Below are positions 30,209-39,678 of a stretch of DNA of 39,678 bases, piece by piece. The notes under the pieces were generated by a model, which saw only the letters and a program-made list of their open reading frames with translations, ran no database searches and was not told where the DNA came from. The DNA is taken from the UHGV virus genome UHGV-1586583; one strand, written 5' to 3'. The DNA comes from a virus. Numbering within the stretch: position 1 is the first letter of the stretch; the number at the start of each line of letters is the position of its first letter. A program made the translations under genes and the position numbers.

Positions 30209-31401
30209 TAATCATCATCCCCGTACAGTTTGCGGGTAACTTCTTCGTCTTCCTCCTCGTCTTCGTCCAGATCCTGTTCAAGCCATGCTTCGTTTGATAT
30301 GCCTTCCGCATCGACATCACCATAACCACCTGTATCGACGATATCGGCAATTTCTTCTCTACGATGCTCAATCCACAATGCCGCATCAGCGCGGCGGCTG
30401 GCGGCCCGTTCTCGCGCGATTTTATCCAGATCTTCAAGTGATGGAGCGCCAGATGCTGTTTGGTTTTCCTCATCATCGGTATTGGTCTTAGGAGCACGCA
30501 GATCGGCTTTGATTTGCTCCAGCATCAGGGGCGGCACTTTTCCTCCATGCGCCTCGATGAATTCAGCCGCTTCCAGCACTGACCAGTTATTTTCACGCTT
30601 TCGTTCGTATGCCAGCTTAACAATGCCAGCTTGCCCCATAGATAAAGCGTGCTTTTCCGCCTCCCGGCTTTCTTTTCGATAGTTATTCCGGATGCTGTAA
30701 ATGGTGTTGATCAGGCTGCTTATCTGCGCGGAACAGCTGTTTAGCATGCTCGCGATACGGTATTCAGGCGGAGTACCTTCATCATCGTCTTTTTGCTGAT
30801 CGCGCATTTCCTGCACTAGGCGAATACACGTATCCCTGGCGTTCTCCAGCATAAGGAGATGCGAAAGAGACTTTTCCAGAAGAGTGGTTTCCAGAACATC
30901 GGCCCCGGACCGACGCAACATAGCGCGCGCGGCCTTCCGCGCTTCAACGTTATCTATCAGGTAATCGCCAGCTTCGAATTCAAAGCGTTCACCATCATCA
31001 TCCAGGGTGTCGCGTTCCAGGCGATCACGCAAGGTCCGGTGGGCGCGGGTGATCACGTCATGATCATCTGAACGATCATTTATGCGCTTATTTTGGCGCT
31101 TCGCATTCTCGACTGCGGCACTGACAACGGCATTAACTCTTTGTTTTTCCGCTATTTCAGCCGAAATGTGATCACCTGCATGTTGATCATTAGAGTGATC
31201 AATGATCATGCTTTTTAGTGGCTTCCTGACTGGCTTATTTGGCTTGCGGCTGTCCGTAGTCCTGGTGTCTTCTTTGAAGGCACGGAGATAACGACGTGCG
31301 GTATTAGGGTTAAGATTAAACTCGGCGGCATACTGTGCGATGGTGTAACCACCATCTCGCGCCAGGCGAGCAAAATTCTTCTTGTGATCGTCCCAGGTCA
31401 C
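30208..31401 (-). CDS. pacA: Pacase (terminase) small subunit PacA, containing the pac site
   Basis: 397-aa protein with an N-terminal HTH-like segment and a highly acidic C-terminus. The pac hexamer cluster lies within its 5' coding region. Confidence 0.9.
31048..31210. other. pac packaging site (clustered TGATCA Dam-site hexamers)
   Basis: TGATCA at 31050, 31061 (plus CGATCA at 31073) and at 31169, 31184, 31196, 31203: two clusters of 3 and 4 about 90 bp apart, the architecture I recall for the roughly 162-bp P1 pac site. Confidence 0.8.
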
Positions 31402-31486
31402 TTATGCTTCCTTTCGTAAAAACTCTTTTTGACGCGAGGGTAACGAAAGTCACATGTCAAAAGGCCCGGAACGGGCAAGCAATCAA

Positions 31487-31939
31487 TCAGATACGTGCGG
31501 ATGTGGCATTACCGTAATGACGGTGCTGACGGGCCACCTTATTGAAAAGTTGACGCGCCATTACCCAAGGCTGGTGCTCCCGGCGTTCCTTTTCGTCCTG
31601 CGTCATATAGAGTTCGTTCTGGAGTTTTTCATCAAACCGGCGCGGAGCGCGGCTACGGCGAAAGAATTCAGGATTCAGAGAGTGGATCTGAAATCTACGT
31701 GGGCGTGTACTGTCATCTATCAAAACAGACGAATACTTAGACACAGCGATAGCCTTTAAGCGCAGATAAACATCGCGCTTATCGACATCCAGATGCGGGT
31801 ATTCCTTTTCAAGAATTGCTGCGAGTTCTTTCGCTGATAGAAGAGATTTAGTGCGGATCATGTAATCCGCAATCTCGTACGATGTTATTCGTGAGTGATT
31901 TATTTCCATGAAGTGGCGTCCCTGCCAGTTAAGTAACAT
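31487..31939 (-). CDS. lpa: Lpa-like late promoter activator
   Basis: 150-aa ORF directly upstream of pacA with SD AGGTGA and a C1 operator pair just upstream, consistent with the C1-controlled gene 10/lpa of P1. Confidence 0.55.
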   Translation of the reverse strand: MLLNWQGRHFMEINHSRITSYEIADYMIRTKSLLSAKELAAILEKEYPHLDVDKRDVYLRLKAIAVSKYSSVLIDDSTRPRRFQIHSLNPEFFRRSRAPRRFDEKLQNELYMTQDEKERREHQPWVMARQLFNKVARQHRHYGNATSARI

Positions 31940-32009
31940 CCTGTCACCTACTGATTAGCCCATGTCAACTAATCAACGTGGAATATAATACCCTCGATTA
32001 AAGAAATAG

Positions 32010-32026
32010 CAATACATTAGAGCAAT
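32010..32026 (-). promoter_or_regulatory. C1 operator (ATTGCTCTAATGTATTG) upstream of lpa, with an overlapping partial second copy
   Basis: 14 of 17 match to the consensus, with an adjacent ATTGCTATTT half-motif. Confidence 0.55.
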
Positions 32027-32027
32027 T

Positions 32028-33071
32028 TTATCTAACACTCGACGAATGACTTGTGATAACGCCCACTCCAAGCGCGTAATCAAAGAACAATCGTTGATGC
32101 ATCGCCAACCTACCGTGCGTCTTCTCCCAATTATCGCGGTCACGCTCAATATCACGCTGGCATGACTGGCACAGAGGAATTGCGTAAATGTCATGCGCGC
32201 ATAATCGACTATGACGAACGATATAAGGCGTAATGTGAGCGCCAGCTCCCGCAGCTCCACACCCACAGCATGGACGGGAAGCAACAAAGTCCATGTACTC
32301 AGGTAATTTTAGCGATTGCAGTTTTGGTATTTTGAAATGCGCCATGCCAGGGTCGGAGTCAACATCCACAGGGCATACTTTTGCACGCATCGGCGCGGCG
32401 CGTTCTTCCATCATCTGAACATATGCTGTAGCGCGATCGTCATACGGGCGAATATCCGCCTCTTTCAGAGGTCCGCTATCCTGCGGAGTAGCCTTCATCT
32501 TATTTATTGATATGCGGCAGACTTCTTCCGGCATCAGGTGCATCATGTTGCGCATGAAAGCCCACCAGCACAGCTCCTGAATACTTAAATCATGGCTATT
32601 TGAAAGGCCCATTTCCTGACGGGCGACATCCAGTATCCAGTTAACGCGATTATTGTGCAGCGTTTCTTTCAGCTCATTAAAACCACGCATCCGGTAATGG
32701 TTATCGTGATGCCAGCACAACAACACCGCGCTATTGTCTCGTTCAGCGTGGACAATATGGTTGTCACACCAACTACGATCTGCGGCCTGGCATTGACCCT
32801 CTTTCCTACGCAACCACGCCACCAGCGCGTCAATTCCACCAATACGGCGAAACAGTTCATCGCTGTTAAAAAACGGCTGCAACGCCTCATTTGTTGCCAT
32901 GGTTTGCTCGGTAACAACGAGGCCGTCTTCCATGTGCTCGATTAACTCACGCGGCACCGGCTCCATAATAAATTTACGGCCAGCCTCCACCAGCTTTCTG
33001 ACCTCCTGATCCACTTTGAACGTGGCGAGGCCAAGCTCTTTCTGTACAAAGGGAGTAATTACGGCTTTCAC
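32028..33071 (-). CDS. Hypothetical protein with C-terminal Cys/His zinc-finger or HNH-like motif
   Basis: 347-aa ORF with a GTG start preceded by AAGGTG. C-terminus reads CCGCG...[27 protein letters not shown]. Confidence 0.5.
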   Translation of the reverse strand: MKAVITPFVQKELGLATFKVDQEVRKLVEAGRKFIMEPVPRELIEHMEDGLVVTEQTMATNEALQPFFNSDELFRRIGGIDALVAWLRRKEGQCQAADRSWCDNHIVHAERDNSAVLLCWHHDNHYRMRGFNELKETLHNNRVNWILDVARQEMGLSNSHDLSIQELCWWAFMRNMMHLMPEEVCRISINKMKATPQDSGPLKEADIRPYDDRATAYVQMMEERAAPMRAKVCPVDVDSDPGMAHFKIPKLQSLKLPEYMDFVASRPCCGCGAAGAGAHITPYIVRHSRLCAHDIYAIPLCQSCQRDIERDRDNWEKTHGRLAMHQRLFFDYALGVGVITSHSSSVR

Positions 33072-33098
33072 ATCACACCTTTAATCACTGATTGGGCT

Positions 33099-33278
33099 TT
33101 ATCTGCTGCCCGGCATTCTCTGTTTAAGCACAACCATTTCCTGACGGCATAACACAGCAATAGCGGTCCTGACTCCAATTTGCTTACCAACCAGGTATTG
33201 CTTTACCTCGCGGCGACTCACGCCATCAAGAAGCATCTTTAACGCTTCACGGGACAACTTGTTGTATTTACGTGCCAT
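33099..33278 (-). CDS. Small protein coupled downstream of doc
   Basis: 59-aa ORF (MARKYNKLSREALKMLLDGVSRREVKQYLVGKQIGVRTAIAV...) with GGAG SD; its ATG lies 4 nt after the doc stop. Confidence 0.4.
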   Translation of the reverse strand: MARKYNKLSREALKMLLDGVSRREVKQYLVGKQIGVRTAIAVLCRQEMVVLKQRMPGSR

Positions 33279-33282
33279 TAAT

Positions 33283-33663
33283 CTACTCCGCAGAACCATA
33301 CAATCTACGTAACGTGTCGGCGACAGAAGATACAGATATCTCGCCAGTCGCAGCCCCTACAGTAAGGTCTGCCAGTTCAGGTGAATCAAATACCTGCACC
33401 CCGTTACGGCGTAGAAATAGCAGCGCACTGTTTAGCGCGGTACGCTTATTGGCATCATTGAATATATGCCCTCTCGCTGTAGCCACCAGGTAGGTGGCGG
33501 AGACTTCGAAAAGGTCGGTGATCTCTTCGTAGGCAACTCTGGCCTGAACTCTCCCGATAATGGCCTCTGCCCTACCCGGATCTGACATTCCCGGCAGGCC
33601 GCCGTAGCGGTTTATATTCGCATCATGAAGCGCAATAAGTTCTTCAGGTGATATATGCCTCAT
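33283..33663 (-). CDS. doc: Doc toxin (Fic-fold kinase) of the phd-doc addiction module
   Basis: 126-aa protein carrying the Doc-type Fic motif [10 protein letters not shown], overlapping the phd stop. Confidence 0.92.
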   Translation of the reverse strand: MRHISPEELIALHDANINRYGGLPGMSDPGRAEAIIGRVQARVAYEEITDLFEVSATYLVATARGHIFNDANKRTALNSALLFLRRNGVQVFDSPELADLTVGAATGEISVSSVADTLRRLYGSAE

Positions 33664-33884
33664 TATCGGTTAACCAGTTCCTTGTTGGTGGAGTCCAGGG
33701 TGTCAAACAGGGATGCAAATTCAGCATCCAGCGCCGCTTTTTTGTAGGCTTCGAAAGTAGCCTTGCTGACAATTACTGCTGGCTCACGGCCTCTGCGGGT
33801 GATTTCAACCTCTTCCCCGGCTTCAACATTGTTGAGCACTTCAGAAAGGTTGCCACGCGCGGTACGGAAGTTAATGGATTGCAT
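33663..33884 (-). CDS. phd: Phd antitoxin
   Basis: [73 protein letters not shown], which I recognise as P1 Phd. The track start at 33890 adds MF. Confidence 0.92.
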   Translation of the reverse strand: MQSINFRTARGNLSEVLNNVEAGEEVEITRRGREPAVIVSKATFEAYKKAALDAEFASLFDTLDSTNKELVNR

Positions 33885-33956
33885 AAACACCTCGTGTACT
33901 CGTTATGTGTACACAATTATAAACTTCACAGGCATAAAGCACCAGCACTTTGCAGC

Positions 33957-34346
33957 TTAAATAACCGGACAATCATCAAATTCCCCACTTCGGGCATCAT
34001 TGATGACATGAGTGATCACACCAAAAACAGCATTACTGCCCGTGTATCCATCGTCATCTACTGGTAACGCCTCTTTCTTCCCGGTGCTTAAGTCCTCCAG
34101 GTGCTGGCGCGGATACTTCCTGTATCTCTTTATGCGATATTCACCCTCCATAGCGCACACAAGCAGAGAACCATCAACCGGAGTAAGCGAGGAATCAACC
34201 ACCAGCAAAGCACCCTGCAATATTCCCTCACGGTGATGGCTATCAGCTGCCCGCATGAAGTAGGTCGCTGAAGGATGTCTAATTATCTGCTGATCAAGAG
34301 AAATTCGGCTTTCAACATAATCCGCCGCAGGAGAAGGGAAGCCCAT
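33957..34346 (-). CDS. humD: HumD, UmuD'-like translesion synthesis accessory protein
   Basis: 129-aa protein starting MGFPSPAADYVE..., resembling the processed UmuD' form, with a LexA box 21 bp upstream. Confidence 0.8.
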   Translation of the reverse strand: MGFPSPAADYVESRISLDQQIIRHPSATYFMRAADSHHREGILQGALLVVDSSLTPVDGSLLVCAMEGEYRIKRYRKYPRQHLEDLSTGKKEALPVDDDGYTGSNAVFGVITHVINDARSGEFDDCPVI

Positions 34347-34366
34347 AGCGTTTTACCTCAATGATA

Positions 34367-34382
34367 CTGTTTATTCATACAG
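34367..34382. promoter_or_regulatory. LexA (SOS) box CTGT-N8-ACAG upstream of humD
   Basis: TACTGTTTATTCATACAGTA at 34365..34384: a perfect CTGT-N8-ACAG core with TA flanks and an AT-rich spacer. Confidence 0.8.
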
Positions 34383-34469
34383 TATACATTGAAAAGGCAT
34401 AGTTTGTGAAAGCGGGGTTTGTAGGCGCGCCACGCTGGGGGCTAATCACATTTCTCCCCCATCTTGCCG

Positions 34470-34721
34470 TTATTTTTTTGGTGCATCCTCGTTCTGATAC
34501 ACCGGATCGCTCCCTTTTGGCAACTGGAGGCTTAACTGCCGGTAGTGCCGTAGCCGTTCCATGAAATAGGCGCGCAGGTTTTCCGGTTGCTCACGGGCCA
34601 CCTGCTCTGCAATCACAGGTATATTCAGCCGTTCTTTGTAAGCAACGCCGCTGGCGGCAAGGTCTACGTTCACCTTGTCTCGCTCTTCCTGGCTTTTAGC
34701 TGCTATATTTCGATCTGACAC
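34470..34721 (-). CDS. hot: Hot, homolog of the DNA polymerase III theta subunit
   Basis: 83-aa protein whose [43 protein letters not shown] segment parallels E. coli HolE ([36 protein letters not shown]...). Confidence 0.75.
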   Translation of the reverse strand: MSDRNIAAKSQEERDKVNVDLAASGVAYKERLNIPVIAEQVAREQPENLRAYFMERLRHYRQLSLQLPKGSDPVYQNEDAPKK

Positions 34722-34753
34722 AAGAAACCTCCAGGAGTTAGTGGATCAGGCAC

Positions 34754-35104
34754 ATGCACAATAACGTTCTCAATGTTAGCCGTTCAATTCAGACAATCAG
34801 AGACTGCACCAGTGTGGTGGCATCAATCCCATTGCGAAACAGCATAGACGAACTGCAAATTCGTGTATTGAATCCGAATCAGGCTAATAAGCAATTGCGC
34901 TTTATTTTGACGCTGAAAAGTGAAACAGAGGGGATAAAGCACAGCGTAAAAGTGTTTTCTGAGGCCATTCTGCTTAATGGGAAGCTCCGGCATCTGGTAA
35001 GGCCAGAACGTCAATATCCTGACGTCCTGGCGCGTGAAAAAGACCTTCTTTCTGAAGTTCAGGATAGGGTGATCGATTTCGTCAAATGCTATCCCCTGCA
35101 TTGA
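34754..35104 (+). CDS. Hypothetical protein
   Basis: 116-aa ORF on the plus strand between hot and the minus-strand block. No recognisable motif. Confidence 0.35.
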   Translation: MHNNVLNVSRSIQTIRDCTSVVASIPLRNSIDELQIRVLNPNQANKQLRFILTLKSETEGIKHSVKVFSEAILLNGKLRHLVRPERQYPDVLAREKDLLSEVQDRVIDFVKCYPLH

Positions 35105-35946
35105 GGGCAGGTGTTCCCTTCCGCAAAGTAGGGAAAATTGCTATCAAGTTCATCACACCATCTGCGATGGTCGTAGCACCAAAAAGCCTCCCACGGTAAA
35201 CCAAAAGACTTCATCCACTGGGACACTCGATCTGGTATATCTGCTGGTGGCAGTTCTTCTGGCAATAATTTGCCTGATAATTCCCTTTCCGCCCGCGACA
35301 GCATTTTTTTGAGGCTCGCGTTCTCTTTTTCAGCCACCAGCGGCAATAAAGCCCTGGCCATCTTATGAACCAATAGTGCATCAATAATGCCAAGCGTATG
35401 CCCCGGCTTAATGTTTAATGCCGCCTCAAGGTGACACCTTTCCAAGTCACTTTTCTCGGCTTGTTTATGATGATCTGGTGTAATAACGTCGCCCAAAACA
35501 CGGCTAATTCTTTCTCGTAATTGCTGGGTGCCAGCACACTTGATCGCTGTATCGTGGAGACGGTTAACCAGTTCGCGATAAACATGCGGCTTAATGCGGA
35601 TACGTTCACCGGTGACGCCCTTTCCTGGCGCTGGCACCGAACTATCCGGAATATCCGGATAGTTGCCAGCCTCGTAAGCTACCCACAGCCAGTGCATGAA
35701 TGTTTCAGTGGACACACAACCACAGTCCACATCGATTTTTCCGCGTTGCTGTCCCAGCCAATGCTCAAAATTCAATCTACACGTATTACTTTCATGTTGC
35801 TCTTTTTGTCTCAAGGCCAGCATCTGCTGGGCTATTTCCAATACTTCATCTGCCGTATATCCAGCACCGTGACCATACATTTCGATACGGGAAATAATCT
35901 CTGATATGCGCTCTTCAGTGATTCTGGTCATTTCTTTTTGCGCCAT
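35089..35946 (-). CDS. Hypothetical protein containing a GNYPDIP motif
   Basis: 285-aa ORF; shares a nucleotide-identical 17-bp segment with the gene at 37348..38586. Confidence 0.45.
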   Translation of the reverse strand: MAQKEMTRITEERISEIISRIEMYGHGAGYTADEVLEIAQQMLALRQKEQHESNTCRLNFEHWLGQQRGKIDVDCGCVSTETFMHWLWVAYEAGNYPDIPDSSVPAPGKGVTGERIRIKPHVYRELVNRLHDTAIKCAGTQQLRERISRVLGDVITPDHHKQAEKSDLERCHLEAALNIKPGHTLGIIDALLVHKMARALLPLVAEKENASLKKMLSRAERELSGKLLPEELPPADIPDRVSQWMKSFGLPWEAFWCYDHRRWCDELDSNFPYFAEGNTCPQCRG

Positions 35947-36302
35947 TTCTTTTCACATTCCTTAGTCCATTCTTCAATGTTCATTTTGGCAATATCAGTC
36001 ATTCCATCACCTAAGAAATACTTTTTCCGGTATGTCTTGCACTTAAACCACACTACAACAGCCACCAGCCAGAAAATAAAAGGCCATACAGCAATACCAA
36101 CGACAGCCGCGATAAAGCCCAATAGCCATAAATGAAGCTCTCCAACTTCTGTTTCCGGCAATATTCTTAAAGAATTAAACAGCAGGATGAACGAATGGTC
36201 GTATGCATTGGCAGTACAAGACATGCAATCCATATAATTAAAGTCATAGCCTGCGGCTGCCGCCCATAATGGGCGGTCAAGAAAATGTTTTAGTGTCATC
36301 AT
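35928..36302 (-). CDS. Hypothetical membrane protein
   Basis: 124-aa ORF with a hydrophobic segment (LHLWLLGFIAAVVGIAVWPFIFWLVAVVVWF). Confidence 0.4.
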   Translation of the reverse strand: MMTLKHFLDRPLWAAAAGYDFNYMDCMSCTANAYDHSFILLFNSLRILPETEVGELHLWLLGFIAAVVGIAVWPFIFWLVAVVVWFKCKTYRKKYFLGDGMTDIAKMNIEEWTKECEKKWRKKK

Positions 36303-36308
36303 ATAAAT

Positions 36309-36698
36309 TTAAGGTTCAGACCAGTTATCTTCAATAGCAATGCTTAATCTTTGTAGCCATTCTGCTAATTTCAGCATTGCTTCTCTTTCGCTTAAACCAC
36401 GAGGAAAATCATCAAGCGAAATTGTTGGCTTGAATCCCCCGCAATTATCCATTTCAACTGTCAGATTTTGTTCCAGCACGGTATTTCTTACGCGGCTATT
36501 GTGCCGGAGCAAATATACTGAGCGTGATTTATTGGTTTTGTGGTCTAGCTTATATTCGGTAAGTATCATCTGGCTTTTGCCATGATTATTACCTCTCCAC
36601 ATACTTACCTCACTTAATAAAACAACTCCATGCGTAGTTGATGATTTTTTCCCACGTAATATAAATCTGCACTCCGGCAGTAAAACCAAAGCCAACAA
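36309..36698 (-). CDS. Hypothetical protein
   Basis: 129-aa ORF in a co-directional minus-strand gene block. Confidence 0.4.
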   Translation of the reverse strand: MLALVLLPECRFILRGKKSSTTHGVVLLSEVSMWRGNNHGKSQMILTEYKLDHKTNKSRSVYLLRHNSRVRNTVLEQNLTVEMDNCGGFKPTISLDDFPRGLSEREAMLKLAEWLQRLSIAIEDNWSEP

Positions 36699-36780
36699 TT
36701 GCTGAAAAAATCAAAACATTTACTTTTGACATTATAAATTTTCTCTCGGTGTCGTAGGTGATAGCACCATAATTGATAAT

Positions 36781-37014
36781 TTAGTGAGTTAGCAGTTCCA
36801 TTTTTTTGATGATTTCCGCATGAGCATCATCGTTATCAACACTTAGCTCGTTTAATGCTTCTCGCACTACATCAACTTCTTCAGGCTGAAAGAAGTCGTC
36901 GCGGTAATCACCAAATAGAACCGAAACCAGCCTGCCACCAGCAACATCAAGATTGGCGCTAACAGGTGGCTCTTTGCCATCCTCAAATTCGACTACAAAA
37001 GTTAATTTTCCCAT
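36781..37014 (-). CDS. Hypothetical small acidic protein
   Basis: 77-aa ORF in the minus-strand block. Confidence 0.35.
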   Translation of the reverse strand: MGKLTFVVEFEDGKEPPVSANLDVAGGRLVSVLFGDYRDDFFQPEEVDVVREALNELSVDNDDAHAEIIKKMELLTH

Positions 37015-37090
37015 CGTTACCCCCAGAAGATAAAAATAGCGGCAATCGCCATAGCTACGCCTACAATCGCAAATGCTTCAGGCCAGCTTA

Positions 37091-37351
37091 TTACCTCACC
37101 TCCAGTCTCCATACCGCCTGACCAATCCGGCTGGCATGGGTATCTTTGGATACTGTTCCATCTTTAGCCATCTCCATAAGAATTTTGCGCAAATCTGCCG
37201 AACGCCATTCTTCATCAGGAAATTCCTTCTCCATTGCCAACCGCAGATTCCAGGTTGCCATCCTGAATGGATATTTCCCGCCGAGAGCTTTATCTTGCAG
37301 GGCAGCCCGGGAACGCATCACCTGCAAAACCTTCTCTTTTACATCCATCAT
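37091..37351 (-). CDS. Hypothetical small protein
   Basis: 86-aa ORF overlapping the downstream gene start by 4 nt. Confidence 0.35.
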   Translation of the reverse strand: MMDVKEKVLQVMRSRAALQDKALGGKYPFRMATWNLRLAMEKEFPDEEWRSADLRKILMEMAKDGTVSKDTHASRIGQAVWRLEVR

Positions 37352-38586
37352 TTCGCCTCCTGCGGCGGTTCTGGTAGAGGCATCCAGTGAGTTACATGTG
37401 CCCCGTAATGATTCCAGAACGACGCAACTGGCGCACTGTCTCCATCAGGGACAACCCAGTAATCGTGATGAACTTTATTATTAAGCCCATCAAACACCAG
37501 ATACTCTTTACAACTTCCGGGAATGTTCTCAGGCATTCGCTCACTACAGCTTATCCAACCATCCGGAATTACCGGATAGTTGCCAGCCAGTCTACGCAAA
37601 ACAGCCTTAACAGCCTCAATACGGTCATCATCGCAATTTTCCAGCGTATCTATGCGGTCGAGCATGATGATGGCGTTATCAATATCAGGATTGCCAGTCC
37701 ACTCATTATCGCGATTGGATTCGGCAGCCTGGTTGCCAGATGCTGGCTGATTGTCGGCTTGGCTATAGCTAACAGCACGGCAGGCATCCTCTACGCCTTT
37801 AACTGCATCTGCACAGTAGTTATAGCGATTGCATTCCACTAACTTCTGCTTGAGATTTTCAATTGCTTGCGCGACATCAGCCTGTATTTCTGGAACTGGC
37901 GGAACGGCTGTCTGCTGCTCTCGAACGTCATTAGCCGCTATCGGTTCTGCTGCCAACTGACTGGCATATTTGTTAATGGTAACGATAAGCTCTTGCTCAG
38001 CCTCATCCAGACAATCACCGATACCTCGCCTGTCACCGTCAAAATCATCGAAATCGGCACGAATCCTGGCAACCTTCAGGATTGCGGACAACACCTCACT
38101 AGGAATTGCCGGATAGTTGGTTGACGTTTCCGCGATTTCCCGAAAATTATTGGTTGACGAATTCTTGTTTTCCCGAAAGTTTCCGGACTGAAGCATGGCG
38201 GCGCGGCAGGCGTTCCATATTTCGGCAGCAATATCGCGCTCGCTATCGGTTAATTTGTACGTTGAAACATAGCCAGAGAGCATTTCTACGTTTTCCGGAG
38301 TTGCTTCTTCAGGCACTACCGGTGCTGGAGGGGCGGCGTAAATGCCCTCTATCACTAAATGTTTGCGCTCAAAATCATCTGGCTCTCGATGATATACGTA
38401 ACTCCAATCACCAAGGTTATCATTGCGCCTGCAACGGAAACCTATCGGCTCTGCTTCCAGCGATGCCAGAGCAATTCGTGCCAGTTCTTCCGCTTCTTCT
38501 GCTGGCAGTACAACGTTGCTACCAGGTCCGTATGTTTCGCGCCACTGCCTGATTGTCAGCAGTCGCTCTTTGGTAATAGTGGTCAT
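37348..38586 (-). CDS. Hypothetical protein with DUF551-like C-terminus and internal NYPxIP repeats
   Basis: 412 aa. The C-terminal ...WNHYGAHVTHWMPLPEPPQ resembles the DUF551 signature; two NYP(A/V)IP motifs are encoded by near-identical DNA segments. Confidence 0.5.
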   Translation of the reverse strand: MTTITKERLLTIRQWRETYGPGSNVVLPAEEAEELARIALASLEAEPIGFRCRRNDNLGDWSYVYHREPDDFERKHLVIEGIYAAPPAPVVPEEATPENVEMLSGYVSTYKLTDSERDIAAEIWNACRAAMLQSGNFRENKNSSTNNFREIAETSTNYPAIPSEVLSAILKVARIRADFDDFDGDRRGIGDCLDEAEQELIVTINKYASQLAAEPIAANDVREQQTAVPPVPEIQADVAQAIENLKQKLVECNRYNYCADAVKGVEDACRAVSYSQADNQPASGNQAAESNRDNEWTGNPDIDNAIIMLDRIDTLENCDDDRIEAVKAVLRRLAGNYPVIPDGWISCSERMPENIPGSCKEYLVFDGLNNKVHHDYWVVPDGDSAPVASFWNHYGAHVTHWMPLPEPPQEAK

Positions 38587-38596
38587 GTGTTAGTCC

Positions 38597-38950
38597 TTAT
38601 CCTGCTGTACTTTCAACTGATGAGGGGAATAAAATCTTTTCATCAAATCCGGCATTCATATCATGAACAGCAACACACCAATCCATTGACGAACGATTAT
38701 CAAGAGCCTCCATGATTTCATCCATGCGGCGCAGGTCATACAGGTAAATGCTTTTATCGCCAATGGTGTAAAAACCAATTTTTTTCGGTGATGGGCAGCG
38801 ATCAAGAACGTCCTGTAATTCGTTCAACCATGCCTGTTCTTTTTTTGTCAAAGTTGCCATATCAGTTTTCCTTATACGGATTAATTTTATTGTGCAGTGT
38901 GTTGAACGGAGCCCATACCACGTCGTTATACAATTCAATAACTGGCTCAA
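38597..38950 (-). CDS. Hypothetical protein
   Basis: 117-aa ORF in the minus-strand block. Confidence 0.35.
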   Translation of the reverse strand: MSQLLNCITTWYGLRSTHCTIKLIRIRKTDMATLTKKEQAWLNELQDVLDRCPSPKKIGFYTIGDKSIYLYDLRRMDEIMEALDNRSSMDWCVAVHDMNAGFDEKILFPSSVESTAG

Positions 38951-39081
38951 TTATTTTTCCGATTCCCCATACCAGAATTAACGGGGATATCGGTATCATC
39001 AACACGATAAACAGAATGAGAAACAAAAATTCTGTCGCTCTACTTTTTCGCGGATATTCTTTTCTGAATAATGTAGGCACA

Positions 39082-39297
39082 TCACTCTCCTTTGTTGCTC
39101 CTCAAAATTTTATGCCCTGGCGCAAAAGCACGCGTTTTGTCGGCACTTATTCGCCACCCATCTTTACGTGCCTCTTTTGCACAGCCAGCCCATGACGTAC
39201 CGATATACTCACCAAAATCTGGCGACTGATATTTGCCATCCGTACACTGGCGGCAATCACAATAGAGATGCATGGTATAACTTGCGGCAATACCCAT
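39082..39297 (-). CDS. Hypothetical Cys-rich small protein
   Basis: 71-aa ORF with several Cys residues (CDCRQCTDGK...GC), possibly zinc-binding. Confidence 0.3.
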   Translation of the reverse strand: MGIAASYTMHLYCDCRQCTDGKYQSPDFGEYIGTSWAGCAKEARKDGWRISADKTRAFAPGHKILRSNKGE

Positions 39298-39657
39298 TCA
39301 GCCTCCTTTGATGCCCGTGTTTACAACCAGGCAGGCCTCCTTGAGTACCCAGTCAATAGCGTCTTTCCATGCTCCGGTTTCAACTGGCGGATCCTCACGC
39401 CGTACCTGTTCATAAAAGCGCACGGCTTTAACCAGTCCTTCTGATGTCACCGAAGCTGGCGGGGCCGTGAATAACGCCTGAATTTCATAGTTTGGTCTGT
39501 CGTTACAATCCTCTTTTGTCGGGACATATTTCCAGTCACCAACCCACTGCTTCCCCTGAAAGTCTGTAACGCCTTTTTTCACGTAGCGATATCGCCATGC
39601 CACTGGTTTTGCCTGCCCTGCCTTTTCATGCCCTTCCTGATAATTAATCTCGCTCAT
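39298..39657 (-). CDS. Hypothetical protein
   Basis: 119-aa ORF abutting the downstream gene. Confidence 0.35.
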   Translation of the reverse strand: MSEINYQEGHEKAGQAKPVAWRYRYVKKGVTDFQGKQWVGDWKYVPTKEDCNDRPNYEIQALFTAPPASVTSEGLVKAVRFYEQVRREDPPVETGAWKDAIDWVLKEACLVVNTGIKGG

Positions 39658-39678
39658 TCATCGCCCCACTCATCACAA

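Noticed and set aside
31189-31205. C1-operator-like sequence (ACTCTAATGATCA) inside the pac site
   Set aside because: Only about 10 of 17 positions match, and the resemblance is produced by the TGATCA packaging hexamers.

Overview
This window reads as a contiguous stretch of a P1-like temperate phage / phage-plasmid genome, in reverse orientation to the usual P1 map and spanning the loxP junction. All protein identities are from reading the translated ORFs against remembered P1 proteins; no database search was run. Left to right: a truncated cix crossover site and the cin invertase, the lydA-lydB-hdf-darA-ddrA-ddrB antirestriction/lysis operon, a degenerate terminase-like gene pair, ssb, the lyz endolysin, pro/prt head genes, the 2255-aa darB, candidate ulx and lxc, then ref, cre, loxP, coi, c1, pacB, pacA with the pac site, lpa, phd-doc, humD with a LexA box, hot, and a block of small minus-strand genes. 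At least nine copies of the 17-bp C1 operator motif are visible. The one clearly foreign element is an AT-rich single gene (22301..23605, minus strand) encoding a SIR2-like protein, sitting between mat and the candidate lxc where P1 carries its EcoP1I res-mod restriction system. I read it as a candidate single-gene NAD+-depleting anti-phage system of an unplaced SIR2 subtype. Secondary observations include a terminase large-subunit paralog with Walker A and B substitutions, several leader hairpins, and a nucleotide-identical NYPxIP-coding repeat in two genes.
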